A stretch of 64,000 bases of DNA from Phoronis australis (Eukaryota > Animalia > Phoronida), in assembly GCA_002633005.1 (NCBI GenBank), contig NMRA01000146.1, positions 757,834 through 821,833 on the forward strand, given 5' to 3'. Both the position numbers and the translations under genes were made by a program. Each line of letters opens with the position of its first letter. The stretch's first letter is position 1. The notes under the pieces were generated by a model, which did no database searches, was not told the DNA's origin, and was given only the letters and a program-made list of their open reading frames with translations. Below, one piece after another: positions 21,518-35,169 of this stretch.

Positions 21518-24390
21518 ATGAATCATGAGGTTAAAATCTGGCAGATAAATCTGCACCGGGCCAACAACCCATCAGTGCTTCTGCAGCAGACGCTTGAGCG
21601 CAATACCCTATTCATGGCCTTCATACAAGAGCCGTGCTGTCGGGGAAGTGCAATGATGAACACTCCTAGGAATGCCAAATCTTATATTGCTTCACTGGGT
21701 AACAACATCAAGCCCAGGGCTGCAATTCTGGTATCCAAGGACATAACCTCAAGAATCCTTCCTGAGTTTTGTGACAGGGACACTGTGGCAGTGTCCTGTG
21801 ATACACTAAGACCAAATGGTCTAATATGCACAGTATGGTGGGTCTCAGCCTATATGCCAGGGGACTCCGCCGAGAACCCACCCCCACCTAAACTGCAACA
21901 AATCACCAATCACTGCAGAGCCAAGAATATCCCTTTGGTTATCTGTTGTGATGCCAATTCACATCACGAGGTGTGGCACAGCACTGACACCAACCCAAGA
22001 GGTGAGGCACTTCTAGAGTTTATTGTCAGCTCACAACTTTTAATGTGCAACAAGGGCCATGAGTCCACATTTGTTGTCAGAAACCGGCAGGAGGTAATAG
22101 ACCTTACTCTGGTTAATTTGCCTGCTGTTGATGTGGTAACTAATTGGAGAGTGGATTCTGCACCTTCTTTAGCTGACCACAGATACATTAGGTTTGAAGT
22201 GGCGACTTTCGTTGTTCCACTATTTACTGAGTATAGGAACACCAATAAGGTGAACTGGGAACTCTATCGTTCAAAGGTTTCCAAACTTCTTTCTACTCTA
22301 GAAACAACAAATATCAGGAACCGTTGTGATGTTAACAAATTGACAGATGACATTAAGAATGCCCTGACCAAGTCACTAGATATTTCCTGCCCCAAACGCT
22401 GTATTAAGGTCACTGGGAAACCAAAACAACAGATTTGGTGGACCAAAGAACTGGCAGTACTTTGGGGTAAGGCACGTAAAGCTCACAGAGCGGCAATTCG
22501 GACTGACACTGACGAGTGCTGGGATGCATATCATCTTGCCTATCGTATGTTTAAGTCTGCCACACGCAAAGCAAAGCGCAATTCATTCTGTCAGCAAACT
22601 AACAGCCTCTCTGCATCTGCAAGGCTGATGCAATTGCTGAAGAAGAATCACTCCTCCAGACTCGAGGTCATTCAAAGAGAGGATTGCTCATACACACGCT
22701 CCGCCGAGGAAACACTCGAAGTCATGATGGGTAAGCACTATCCTGATAGTGTAAACCTGTCGAACCAATATTCAAAAGGGATGGACTCAGAGGAGTGTGA
22801 ACCATTAGCTTATGCTGATGTTGAAAACGTAGCCACACCACATCTCGTGGAGTTAGCTCTAAAGTCTTTTAAACCATGGAAGTCCCCTGGACTAGACATG
22901 ATATATCCTATAATGTTACAAGAAGCTGGGATACCACTATTCCATATACTCACAGCAAGTTACAAAGCCAGTCTTAGACTAGGTTATATCCCTAAGACTT
23001 GGACTGAAGCTAGGGTAGTCTTCATTCCTAAACCAGGGAAGAACTCATACCTTTTGGCTGAATCATTTAGGCCTATAACCTTAACATCCTTTCTTCTCAA
23101 AGGACTGGAAAGGCTCATTCTGTGGCATCTTGATAAACAAGGAATACAGAACAAACTTCAGAACAATCAGTATGCTTATAGGCCTGGCTTCTCTACGGAG
23201 ACCGCTCTACATCATCTGGTTGCTAGACTGGAAAGGGCTGTTTTTAATAAACAATTTGCCCTCTGTGCCTTCATTGATCTTGTTGGTGCTTTCAGCAATA
23301 TTAAGCATGATGCGATTCGAATTGCACTGAACCACTTTAAAGTGAATAGGTGTCTTACCAGGTGGATCATTAACATGCTTGGAAGTCAATCTGTGACTGC
23401 TTGTCTAGACAATGTGAGTGTGGCGGTTCGCATCACCAGAGGAACACCTCAGGGTGGCGCTGCCTCACCAACCCTCTTTAACATGGTTATGGATGGTTTG
23501 CTTCAACAATTATCTACTGACATGGGTCCAAGCTTGTATGTTCAAGNGGCCAGACAGGTGCTGGGGTCTACTTTCCAAGCCTTCCTGTTGCAGATGCAGA
23601 AAACTGGGTATCGTTGGGCAATCTTGCCACGGTGTTTCAGGCTGAGATCACTGCAATTAATAGAGCTGCTCAATTGGCACAACAATATAACACTGAACTT
23701 GGCAATCGGCCAATTATCATCTTTTCAGATAGCCAAGCAGCAATAAAAGCCCTAAAGAAACTAAGGGTCAACTCTCGTTGTGTTAATGCTTGTATTAATG
23801 AGCTTAACAAGCTTGCAATTGAAAGAACCGTCAATATACGCTGGGTCAGGGCCCATGTGGGAATTGATGGCAATGAGAATGCAGACAGACTCGCAAAGAT
23901 AGGAGCAAGCGTTCTGCATTTTGTGCCTGAACCTGCTATCCCGGTATCTTACGGATGTTGCAGGATGAGTATACGCAACTGGGTACATACCCAGTCAGCA
24001 GCCCAGTGGGCATCACTTAACTCCTGCCGAGAAACCAAGGAGAATTTTCCCAACGTGATCGAACCAAAAGGTTCAAAAAGCCTTCTGAGTCTAGATAGAT
24101 TGGGTATAAGACACGTCATTCAAATTTTGACGGGCCACTGCAACCTAGCCCGACACAGACACATTACTGGGCATATGAGGAGCCCCGTGTGTCCCGAGTG
24201 TGGTACTGACGTAGAATCTCCTAAACACCTGGTAGAGTCTTGCCCAGCTTTTTATAGGCTAAGGAGCAACCTACTGGATGGCATTGTTACATGCCTACAA
24301 CATATAGTGCATGGCAACAAATGGAAACGTTTGTCTGTTTTCCTAAAGGAGACTGGCAGACTTGAAAACTTTCTTCACGAGGAGCCATAA
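21518..24390 (+). CDS. LINE ORF2: AP endonuclease, reverse transcriptase, RNase H, C-terminal zinc finger (gap at N 23547)
   Basis: WQINLH, IQEP, CDANSHH, IDLTL, ADHRYI (APE); FRPITLTS, FIDLVGAF, GTPQGG (RT); VFQAEI, FSDSQAA, GNENAD (RNase H); CPEC..H..C. The YADD region is missing at the N. Confidence 0.9.
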
Positions 24391-24521
24391 TTGGGGTCTC
24401 GTGCCTTTGCTCAGGTGTTTTGTGCAATGGGCCCAACCATGAGGCCTGCGCACGTCTGATGCACCGCAAATGACATCAGACCACCTGCACTGTTTTTTTT
24501 TGTTTTTTTTATCTCGTAAGG

Positions 24522-27500
24522 TCAGACTCACTGAAATGCGAAAACCGTGCGCAGACACACCAATAGTGTCCAACCAGCAGGTTGCACAGTATCCCCATTT
24601 ACAGAACGTCAAGATAACCAAAGCTCCAGGTGACTTAATAGATGTGCTTCTGGGTGTAGACAATACTCATCTGATCACTTCAGAGGAAGTAATCATTGGT
24701 ACGAAACTGGATGACCCCATCGCTGCCAGATGTCCGCTGGGTTGGTACATTCAAGGAGGTCGTAATCCTGGTGAGCTTGAGTGTAATGCCCTACTACACT
24801 ACGCACAAATATGTGCAGTTGGCGAGCTTGAAGATTTTCTTGGTTTGGAGAGGATGGGTTTGGAGCCGAAACGTTGTAAGTGTACTGCAGAAGAGCAGGA
24901 CAAGCAGGCTGCCGATTTTATGAAGCAGAGTGTCACTCGAAGAGAAGATGGTACCTACCAGATAAATTTGCCGCGGAGGAAGTCTCAAGAGAAACTGCCA
25001 AACAACTACACTTACGCAGTCAACAGACTTCAGAACCTAGAGAAACAGTTTCGCAACAAACCAGATGAATGGAGAGTTTACTGCGAACAGATGAGAGACC
25101 AGGTGTCCCGTGGCTTTGCAAGACTTGTTACTGAACAGGAGCTGCAGAGGGACACTCGTGAAGACAAGGGAATGTGGTACCTGCCTCATTTTGCTGTCAA
25201 GAAGGACTCGATTACTACTCCTGTGCGTGTTGTTTTCGACGGCAAGGCGAGATATCAAGGACACTCTCTCAATGATTACCTTGCGAAGGGTATAAACATC
25301 AACAGCGATCTTTTTGATGTTGCACTACGATTTCGAGAGTTTAAAGTTGGCATAGCAGCAGACATTAGCAATATGTTCCAAACGGTTAAGATAACACCAG
25401 AGGATGCTCGATTTCACCGTTATGTCTTTAGAGAGCATCCAGATTACCCTGTCAACGTCTACGAATAGACAACGGTCACATTCGGTGACAAACCGTCTCC
25501 AACTGCAGCCATAGTAGCGTTAGGACATACAGTTGACGAGCATGCACCTGATGATGTAGAGCTTCAAAGCATCACCCGAGACCAGTTTTACATGGACGAT
25601 TTAAACGATTCACAGAGAACATCCCAGAATGCGAGTCAGTTGAAGGACCGCCTTATTGAAGTACTAGACAAAGGGAAATTCAAGATTCGCAAGTGGTTAT
25701 CCAACGTGAGCGAAATTTGTGAAACAGAATACGTTCCCAGCGATGGTGAGGCTGTTGTACTTGGGACCAAATGGAACCTCGAAAAAGACACACTCAGTGT
25801 GAAACAAGTCAATATTGAACATGAAATGGTGACAAAACGCAACATTCTGAAGAAAACTGCGTCCTACTACGATGTATTTGGAATGTTGGCAGGTGTTCTC
25901 GTACGTCCTAAGGTTCTGCTTCAACGTTTGTGGCAATTTAAGTTAGACTGGGACACGCCATTAACACCCCAAAGTGAGCTATGCTCCATATGGGACGAGA
26001 TCCAAAAGGATTTAGAACAAGTCAATACGATTGAGATTCCTCGCTGTCTTATCCCGGACAAGTTTAAAGGCTCGACAACCCTGCCCACAGTGTCACTACA
26101 CGGTTTCAGTGACGCCTCTGAGGATGCCATGGGTATGGGTGTTTGGCTACGTTGGTCTTATCCAGAGGATGATAGTAATGAACTGTCGTTCGTTTGTGCC
26201 AGAGCACGAGTTACCCCGTTGAAACAGACAAGTATACCACGCAAAGAGCTTCAAGCGATCCTTCTTCTGTCACGGCTGGTGATATGTGTTGACAGAGCTC
26301 TAAGACTTGAAGTATCCTACAGGAGATTGTGGACCGACAGTTTGACTGCAATATGCTGGTTACGTGGTCAGTCGAAATCTTTCAAGTCGTATGTAGCATA
26401 CCGCGTTGGCGAAGTTACGTCAGAGTTTGATCCAATTGAAGACTTATCCTATGTTCCAACCAAACAGAATGTCATCGACCTTGTCTCACGTGGTGGTACG
26501 GCTGCTAAAATGCAGAGTTCCTAAAACAACCACCTGCCCTTTGGCCCACTACACCAAAGACTATTCAGATTTCAGATGATCCCGAGCAAAAGAAGTTTCA
26601 CGTCAGAAATGCCCACATGTACGCTGTGAAAGTGGCTGTCACACCGTTCATTGACCCTAAGAGGTTCTCAAGTTGGTCAAGGCTGCTCATGGTCACTGCT
26701 CGTATCTTGTCTTTGAGAGATTTGCCAATGTCTCGGTGGTTAAAATCGCTGACGTCTCAGATTTTCAAATGGCCTACTCGAACGCACCTGGAAGAAGCTG
26801 AGTTGTACTGGATTCGTTGTGCTCAACGGGAAATTGACTTCAAGACTCACCAGATAATGAGTCTTAGTCCTTTTTCGATGATGAAGAGGGTGTGTATAGA
26901 TTTGGTAGTCGCATCAGAAAGGCACCGATTTCTTATGACATCCGTCACCCATATCTACTACCAAAGCGAAGTCACATAAGTCTGCTGATTGTTCGTGAGA
27001 GGCATCGCCACGCATTCCATGGAGGACACCTCAGAACTGCCTTCGAAGTCCGTAAGAATTACTGGTTAATCGGAGACATTAACGTATCTCGACGCGTCGT
27101 TCACGAATGTATGACCTGTAGACGTTAAGGTGGGAAACCGTTGAAGCAAAAGATGGCCGATCTTCCTGACTGTCGTATTACGCCGTGTACCCCAGCATTT
27201 AAGACTACGTTAGTGGACTATTTGGGACCAGTTAATGTGAAACTCACCAGAAACACCGTCTCCAAGGGTTATTGTGCTGTGTTCACCTGTGCGGTGACAA
27301 GGGCAGTCCATCTAACATGCGTTCAAGATCTCTCAACATCAGCCTTTCTCCAGGCCTTTGAACGGTTTGTGAGCATACGTGGTGCACCAGCTATGATAAT
27401 CAGCGACAGTGTCATGTGTTTTCAAGGTGCTGATAATGAAATGAGAGAGTTGAATCTTCGTCTCAATCGTGAGCAACTCTAATGTCGTGGTCAACGTTAC

Positions 27501-28098
27501 AACGTGGAATGGAAATTTGGGCGGCCTGGAGGACCTCATCATCAAGGGGCGGTAGAGCGGATGGTGCAAGAGGTCAAAAAGTCTCTGCGGTACTTGGGTG
27601 CAAGCTGACAAGCTCCCATTCGAGGAGTGGGAGACAGTGTTCTGTCAGATATCGTCTTCGATGAATAACCGACCACTTACAACCAAGTCGTCCTCACCAT
27701 TGGACGACGCCCCTATTACACCCAACCACTTCCTGATCGGTAGAGGTGAGCTGCCAAGTCCTCAAGTCCCATGCACTGAGTACACTGCTGACTTCAAAAA
27801 GCGTCGCGAGTTGTGTAACACCATGGTCGATGGATTTTGGAGAAGATGGTTAACTAACATACACAAACTGTCCCCTCGGCGGAAATGTTTCAACTCTAGT
27901 GATAATCTAGCGAACGGAGATGTTGTTCTAGTAGTTGACGAAAATGCCAATCGTGGATTTTGGAAAATGACAGAGATTGTGAAAACGTACGCCAGTGATG
28001 ATGGACAGATTCGTGTTGTGGACATTAGATTTTCAGACGGCCATGTTATCAAGAGACCCGTAACTAAACTTGTTCTATTGATGAAGAACACGGATTGA
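24522..28098 (+). pseudogene. pol: BEL/Pao #1 pol (RT, RNase H, integrase) with stops and frameshifts
   Basis: WYLPHF, RVVFDG, ADIS.MF, YMDD, HGFSDAS, PRKELQA, LWTDS, H..HGG..C..C, VDYLGP, GAVER; split over several ORFs (stop at 25466, shifts near 26520, 26880, 27480). Confidence 0.93.
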
Positions 28099-28290
28099 CT
28101 CGATTGACGTTTGAACTTGATTACACAGTGCTAGACACTGAGTTTACGTTTAATATGATAGTGTGTGTTTCTGGTTAGACATTAGTTGGCTATAAGTGTT
28201 TTCTAGTGGTACAAGAGTCAGTCGGTGCCTAAGAACTTTTATATTTTTTTAGTATTTTCGCCATTCCTGTCTGTTTAGTGTCCCCTGGGA

Positions 28291-28506
28291 TGTCATGCGA
28301 CTGATTACTAGTTAGTTATAAGCCTTTCTATAGATGTCGCTGTCGTTCGTTTAATCGGTTTGTGACAGTGGCGTTATTTGTTTGTAGTTCCACACAGTTG
28401 AAAAATACATATGTAAACGTCGAGTCGCTCGCAATATTTATCGCATTTTATTCGCCGAAACGCATTGCAGAGACTATTTATTGTTTCAACGTGTGATTTC
28501 ATAACA
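28291..28506 (+). repeat. 3' LTR of BEL/Pao #1
   Basis: Direct repeat of 17368-17583 followed by ATCAT. Confidence 0.95.
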
Positions 28507-28639
28507 ATCATATAAAGTACCAAGTGGGTCACTAAACAGCCAACTGGGCTATAACAACCTGCAAAGCAGGGTTCCGGACAAACTGAGTGAGCAGACCAGC
28601 CGGAGTGATAAAAAGAGATATTGTAAGGAACGTGGTGTT

Positions 28640-29260
28640 GTGGCTCAGTATGTGCCACATTGGCAGGGTTGTTCATGTATGAACAATCCTGTCCACCGCC
28701 ACAACCCGCGTGGGGGCCGTGACCCTGGTAGGGGAGTGGCAGGGGTTGGGGAAAAAAGGTAGTCGGAAGAATGACAAAGGGACCGATGCCATTCCCGGAT
28801 TTGCCTCCATAATCATTGAAGCTCATCCCCCCCCCCCTTCCGGAGTGCAGGCCCGGCGTTCGACTTGGGGCACAGCCCACGAGGACAGTTTGGATATCTC
28901 ACGATGAGCAGTACCGCTCCCGCAGAGCTCGAAACCCAGCCACACCCTGGTTTACGATAGAGCCGGAGTTGTGGTTGGTGTACATTACCGGCACCTCTAC
29001 TGACAACATACCACACCCACTTACCAGACAATCCTATACCTTTACTACAAGGCAAATTGCATTGCATAACAGTGCAGGCAAAAACATACCTGGAGGACCT
29101 GCAGTGGTTCCCACCCGAGCATCGCATGGTACAGGGCAACCCAACGCTCCCGACCGGGCCTTTCCCGGGTACAAGTCGCCCCCAAAACCCATATCACACT
29201 CACTCGGAATCAGTCCTGGCGAAATTCAGCCGGTTTAGGGCGCACTTTAATACCCAAGTT
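28640..29260 (-). pseudogene. Possible decayed DIRS/Ngaro-like gag C-terminus
   Basis: Across frameshifts reads C....GC..GQDCSY...CQCG, resembling the ORF1 zinc finger of tyrosine-recombinase retroelements; GC-rich island; weak. Confidence 0.3.
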
Positions 29261-31434
29261 TAGTGCCCCCCTGAGTAGTACGAATCTAATGCACCGTGTC
29301 GGAGCTAGAGTAGCTCAGCTGAAGATAACTGACGTTCAGGTTCCTATGTGGTCAGGTCAAGAAATAATGCGCAACTGTTGGTATTGCTGTGGCAAAACAG
29401 AAAAGGTGGGCGGTGTGACAATTGCTGGATAGTAACCTCTGCCAGAAGCATCTGCTGTTAGTGAAACTCGCTGCAAAATTATACTCAGAAAATGGAGATG
29501 TTTTCAGAAAACGAAAAGATTGTTAAAGTTTTATTTTGGATGTTAATTTTTTATATTTATTAATTGTTTTTGGTTATGTTTTGTTAAAGTTAGGAAAGAA
29601 GTGATGGTGCGGAATGGTAAAGCGCCATCAGCATGGTAGATGTGATTTCGTGTTAAGATTCATGAACAATCTAAAATCAGTATTCAAAAAGTGCTTTTCA
29701 TTTGACGCTGCTTTTGATATGAAAACCGACAGTTTGATAAAAATCAGTAATTAAAACGCTAAATTTCTACAACATGATATTGAAAAACAAGCCCATTTAG
29801 ACTAACGAACAACGGCGGTAGCATGGTTTCCATTTTGGTTGAGTAACATGGGCTGGTTTGGAGATACCATTTAGCAAATTTTCGAACGTTTCATCCCCAG
29901 AACCAGAAAGTAAACATCAACATGTAACCTGCAGGGGAAGTTCAATATCGAAACGAAGTATAGCATGGACAGATAAACCATTAACGGGCAGGATATAAAT
30001 GTACAGGGTAAAAATCAAAGTGGTGTGGCATGCGAGTTTCAAGCATAATAAAAAGACACGAGGTTGGCAGTTTTGAAATATTTTATTGAAAGTAAACCGT
30101 ATTTTGTTACATATTTGGGCTGCTATGTAGTTACACATCTACTGTGGACCAAGCTATGTGCCACAGGAAAACCTTCATACGAAAACTTGCATGTCTACTG
30201 TATGGCTAAGAAAAATAAAATATCTAAAAAATCCTACACAACACAACCATAAGAGAAGGCGGCAACAGGATCTCAGGAATAATGATAGCGCAAAAAGTCA
30301 TATAAAATAGACAACACCAAGTACACAATCAGAAAGTAACCAAGTCTACAAAATATGTTTGCCAGTAAAAAGGCCTAGCACCGTATCAATGTGTTCAACG
30401 AATAACCGGAGCTAAGCAAAAGGACAAATAACATTTGTGCCGGCGATGTCAGGAAAAGATGGGCACATCTAGTCAGTAAATGCAATTGAGCCTAGGGTTC
30501 AGGCGTCGTGAAAGTTTAGTCTAGACAGTTCCATTGGTGGCACGAGGTCATCAGCACTATGCAACAAGTTATTATGTAATGACATGAGAGTGAAACCACA
30601 GGCTGGCCCATCACCGTGAACTCTGGGTGAATGAGCACTCCAACTGAGTTGGGGATAGTGGAATCCCAGTGTGCCTAGGTGACGAAATTTTAGGAGGTAG
30701 GTTAGACACTATTGCGTGGAATATAGGTTAACAAAATGAAAATTTACAAGATTTTGAAATCGTAAATTAAAAACCTTGTGTTAAAATAAGTGAGAGACTA
30801 CTGGTAAGCTGAGATGAGTTATACACTGTAAGCCTAAACGGGCAGAAGTATCCCACTAGTGTTACAGTGCCGCGCTTTCGAAAACTTGGCGCAGTTACAT
30901 GGATACTGTTTACTAGTAGCCCGGGTGTAGTGGCTCCCGGGTTGCAGATGAAAATGACCCTACTTAACAGGCTAACGACAACTGTTAGAGTGACTGGCTT
31001 ATACATAAGCACACCAAAATGAACAAGGCATATACGAAACTAGTAAAATAAAGAAAAACAGCTGACGCCATGCGCTCGCTGTGTAGGCACTCGACCGCGG
31101 ATTTCGTACTCGGTTAGACTAAATAATTTTATATATCTGAGTTTCGTACGACGAAGCTATGCTCGCCTGAGAAGTAGACAAATTAGCAAGCATGTGTGAC
31201 GTGATCTCGTCGAACTCTACGTTCGTCTACCTGCCGCTACGGTAGCCGTCTAATCGAAAATCGTCATGATGGGGAATGCCCGACCAAGAAGCGGAACGGA
31301 AACAAAGTTGACGCATTACCGCGGTTGGAATAGGTTAAAAATTATTCCAAGAGAACGAAATGTGAAGCATTAGATGAGACCAATTGCCACGAATCTTTTC
31401 AGAAGTTAAAACATGTTTTGCTATCATTAGGTTT

Positions 31435-31471
31435 TTATTATTATTATTATTATTATTAGGTATTATTATTA
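31435..31471. repeat. (ATT)n microsatellite
   Basis: ttattattattatt... run. Confidence 0.9.
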
Positions 31472-32439
31472 TTTTTTTGGATTGTTTTTTTCAATGATTA
31501 TTTATTCAGTTTTAGCAATGATTCAGTGTACGTTTCATTTTTTCTTATTTTATATGTTTACTTTGTGACATATTGGATGTTTTTGATTTTTGTTTTCATT
31601 ATTTTTATTCAAAGCATTTTTTATCTTTTTGAACGGAAGAAACTATGCGAGTCAAAAGCGAAGATAAACATTCGTGCGCGCAAGGGGCCAAAAGCGAAGT
31701 ACTTGAAAAGGCCTCTACAAACAAGATATTCAAAGTGTAAGGTACGGTATTTCCGCACTTTTCTTCGAGAAGTCGAATAAAATATAGACGTGGGAGCCTA
31801 ATTTTTTATATTCATATTTATTTTTTTTTATTATTATTTTTTTTCAATCTCATAAACCCACCGAAATGGTTGTGCGCTATATAAGGACACTTTAGTGTGA
31901 GACGCAGCGCTTTCGAGCTTTACCACACCAGCCTCCGCCGCGACATGCGATAGATTCCCTTCTACATGTAGGTCTCAACCATTGTAAATCCCATATGTTA
32001 CATCAATATTACCTCGTGTCCTGTTGGAACAGTACCTAGTAGTCTAGTGTTATGTAATTCCAGTATCAACCATGCACCCAAATTATCAGGACGTCTAGAC
32101 CCTAGGTCACACGAAAGTCAAACCGCTGGCACTCAAACGCATTCTACTGTATAGGGCCTTTTATACTAACATACACGCGTCGACGTTTTTGGGAGTTAAT
32201 GTCAGTTTGAACGCTTAAACTTTGGTCCTGGAAGGAAGTTACCAGCGCCAGTTAACTTCGCACTAAACAGGTGGATTTAATTGCTTAGCGCCAATGCTGC
32301 CACGCAGTATAAACGATCAACTTCAGTCCTATCGAAGTTATTGCCAGGGGCCACTGTTATCATTAACAAATTCACAGTAGTGTGCTGGCTAATAGTTGCT
32401 TATACCTTGCTATAATAATCACCAATCAATTTGAAAATA

Positions 32440-32843
32440 CGTTTTATGTCAATTAACACATGTAAATGTTCCCAAGTTGTCACATCTTAGCGTGCAGTGC
32501 TACCTTGCGATACCTTCGATCACAACAGCGTCACCTACTGTTTACATTGAAGTTCATTAACTACGGAAGCCAGAATGAACGGTCCAGTTAACTTCGCAGT
32601 GTACGCCGATGCTCCGCTCAGACAAGAGTTAAGTAAATGTGAAAGGGCCCTATGGTAGACCACAAGACACTTAATCTTCTTTAGCTGGATCTGCTCACTT
32701 AGCTTCACAGGCAAATAATCCATGTTTTGTGACTACAAGCGCTCAGATAAATGAATTCATAGGTCCATGAGCTGCAGTTTTTAAGTGCGTACGTTGCGTT
32801 GTCTGGGTAGCCTTCCTTATCCAACGATTGTTGAAGGCACACT
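32440..32843 (-). pseudogene. Possible decayed FN3-like exon
   Basis: Strong acceptor tttttttgtctttattgcag; LSGASAYTAKLT...VVNELQCKQ*VTLL*S resembles an FN3 end/start with stops. Confidence 0.3.
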
Positions 32844-33960
32844 CTGCAATAAAGACAAAAAAATTAATAACAGATGGGTAAAAGCTATCAGTAAAAGACA
32901 ATTTAACTTGCTGGATATTTATCGTGCTGTTTATACAACGCTGATTTGTAAAACTTCCTGACTTATATACAGAGCCTAGAAAATAGTCTTCAAACTCAAA
33001 ATTTAACCAATCACTCTCCAGGATTCAAGTGCAAGACTAGTCTGCACGTTTACTTCAAGCATGCACTGCAGTGGGTCAGTTTTCCACATAGTGTTTTGAA
33101 TGAAGTTTTAATCCTGGATTCGCGACATTCAAAACAATTTTATTCTATACAACTTGAATACAAAACATGCACATGGTCACCTATCATGCTATCACAATCT
33201 AGAACAAACCGTGCATATGACAAAACTTAATGTGTTAATAAAAGTTGGATTTCAGGCTAACAAGGTATCGTATCCTGTAACTTTTTAGATCAAGTTCTAT
33301 GACAAATTAATTAATATTTTTATCAAATGATGAAACTGTTGGCAACTGCAATAAACTACAATTCCCATTATTTTAATGAACTTTTGATTTTTTAATTCGT
33401 TAATCTGATAAGAAAATGCACAACTCTACATAATAAGCAGAGCTAGTTGTATTCTAACTAGCTGTCTCCAGCCAGCATAGAACTTCTTACTAATGTTTCA
33501 TGGACATTTAGCCGGCACAACCAGAGTTAGAACTGAAAGTTTAATCTCACATGTATACTTTCGCGTGTACTTTTTGAAACTTTTAGCAAAATCAAGAAGC
33601 TTTACACTGACTTGACCAAATGGCCACAAGAATCAGTAAGCTTGTTAAAGATTATAAGCCCATTGGCTTAATCAAGGACATATTTCATATTGTTTCAAAT
33701 TCAAACCCTGATAGCAGCACTATTTTTAACTCAACAATGAAACATATGAAGCTCTACCTGCCATGTGGATGTAGACAGCCCAATACCAACTCTGGGTGAT
33801 TGTTTCGATGCAAATGTTTGGATGTCTAGTTCTTCCAAGTACTCCGCCAAGTTAATAGAGACCTGAAAACAAGGAGATATTAGCAAACATAACAGTATGT
33901 GATAGCTTCTTAAGAATCCAGACATAACCCATTTACAGGGAATGCTATCCATGTAAATAT

Positions 33961-34125
33961 CAGGGGCGGTCGGGCGGATCCAGGATTTGGAGTTGGGGGG
34001 CTAGGGCAGAGTAGGGTTTTGCCCATCAGACATTCACCCCCTGCCCCCCCAACTGCCAATTGATCTTGTAGCGTTTTAGGGGGCCGGGGCCATGGCCTCT
34101 TAGCTGTCCTCTGAATCCACCATTG
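33961..34125. mobile_element. CAGGGGCGGATCCAG-type MITE
   Basis: caggggcgg...gcggatccagg start and ctgaatccaccattg end, G/C-run interior. Confidence 0.6.
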
Positions 34126-34603
34126 AAGATACTGGCATGGTCTTCACGAGAGTTCTTATGTAACCATAATAGTTAACAGTAAAAATAAAATTATTATCTC
34201 ATGTACTACAGTAAACATAAAAATACCATATCCTGTACTCCGAGTCCTACCAATCACTTTACTGGCTGATATTTGCAAAGATATTAAATTGAGGTTCCAA
34301 ACAAATTTCTAGAGGGAAAAGAATATGCCCCTACAAACATGGGGAGATCATTCTAGTCAGCCCATATTCACCTCAACTCAACTCCTAGGTAAAGTTGTAC
34401 CCAGATTAACTATCACTTTCACCATGACACTGAAATATTTGAAACCACTCGAACTCGCACTGAATGTGAAAATTTTAAGTGCGACATTCTAGTATCCCAC
34501 AACCCGGTAAAAATTCGAAAGCACATACTCAATCCCAAAGTCAAATCACACAAATTTTCCTTATTTGCATTGAATTATTTTGTGCAATTAGATAGGAATT
34601 ATG

Positions 34604-35028
34604 TGTGGGGTGTTTGATGAGGTTGTAGACTGCTGGGGAGTCTAACCGGTTCGTTGCTTGTTAGATGGAGATAAAAACTGACTACATCGATTGAAGGCTA
34701 TAAGAACACACAAAGTTTATTGGCTCTAACTACAATATATATAGCAACTCAAAATATGTGTGGGTTTTGGGTGTATTTGAGTCAGTTCCTGTGACGTCAA
34801 CACAAATAGTAAACTTTTATGAATGGAATTCCACAATCTCGTCCTGGCATGCCATATATGGAAAATGACTTGTTTACCAGACAAGCAGATGCACTGAAAC
34901 AATAACATTGATATGCTGAGGTCACTACTCACAGGAACTATTATGTAACAACTCTTCCTTTTGCCAGAGTTCTATGAAAAAACAGGATATGACTCACTTT
35001 CACTTGATCATCATGAGAATTCATGACA
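34604..35028 (-). repeat. 3' LTR of BEL/Pao #2
   Basis: Direct repeat of 40709-41133 with TGT...ACA ends. Confidence 0.95.
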
Positions 35029-35169
35029 CTCCGCCGGCCAAAAACGTTAAAATATTCAAATTTTAAAATCAACTGAGTCGCACCAAAAAACCACACATCA
35101 TATTAAAATAAAAAGCTTGAAACTAATCATCATAATCAAGTTACGCTTGAATTACACTAGTTGATATGT

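Larger units (their letters stand above)
19342..24509 (+). mobile_element. Non-LTR retrotransposon, LOA/R1-type (ORF1; APE-RT-RNase H-zinc finger ORF2)
   Basis: TSD TATCTCGTAAGG at 19330-19341 and 24510-24521; about 840-nt 5' UTR, two ORFs, T-rich 3' tail. Confidence 0.93.
17368..28506 (+). mobile_element. BEL/Pao LTR retrotransposon #1, full length, disabled, with nested LINE
   Basis: TGT...ACA LTRs at 17368-17583 and 28291-28506; TSD ATCAT (17363-17367, 28507-28511); gag-PR-RT-RH-IN order. Confidence 0.97.

Noticed and set aside
23540-23620. Apparent programmed frameshift or RT lacking YADD in LINE ORF2
   Set aside because: The break coincides with the N at 23547; missing sequence is best explained by an assembly gap.
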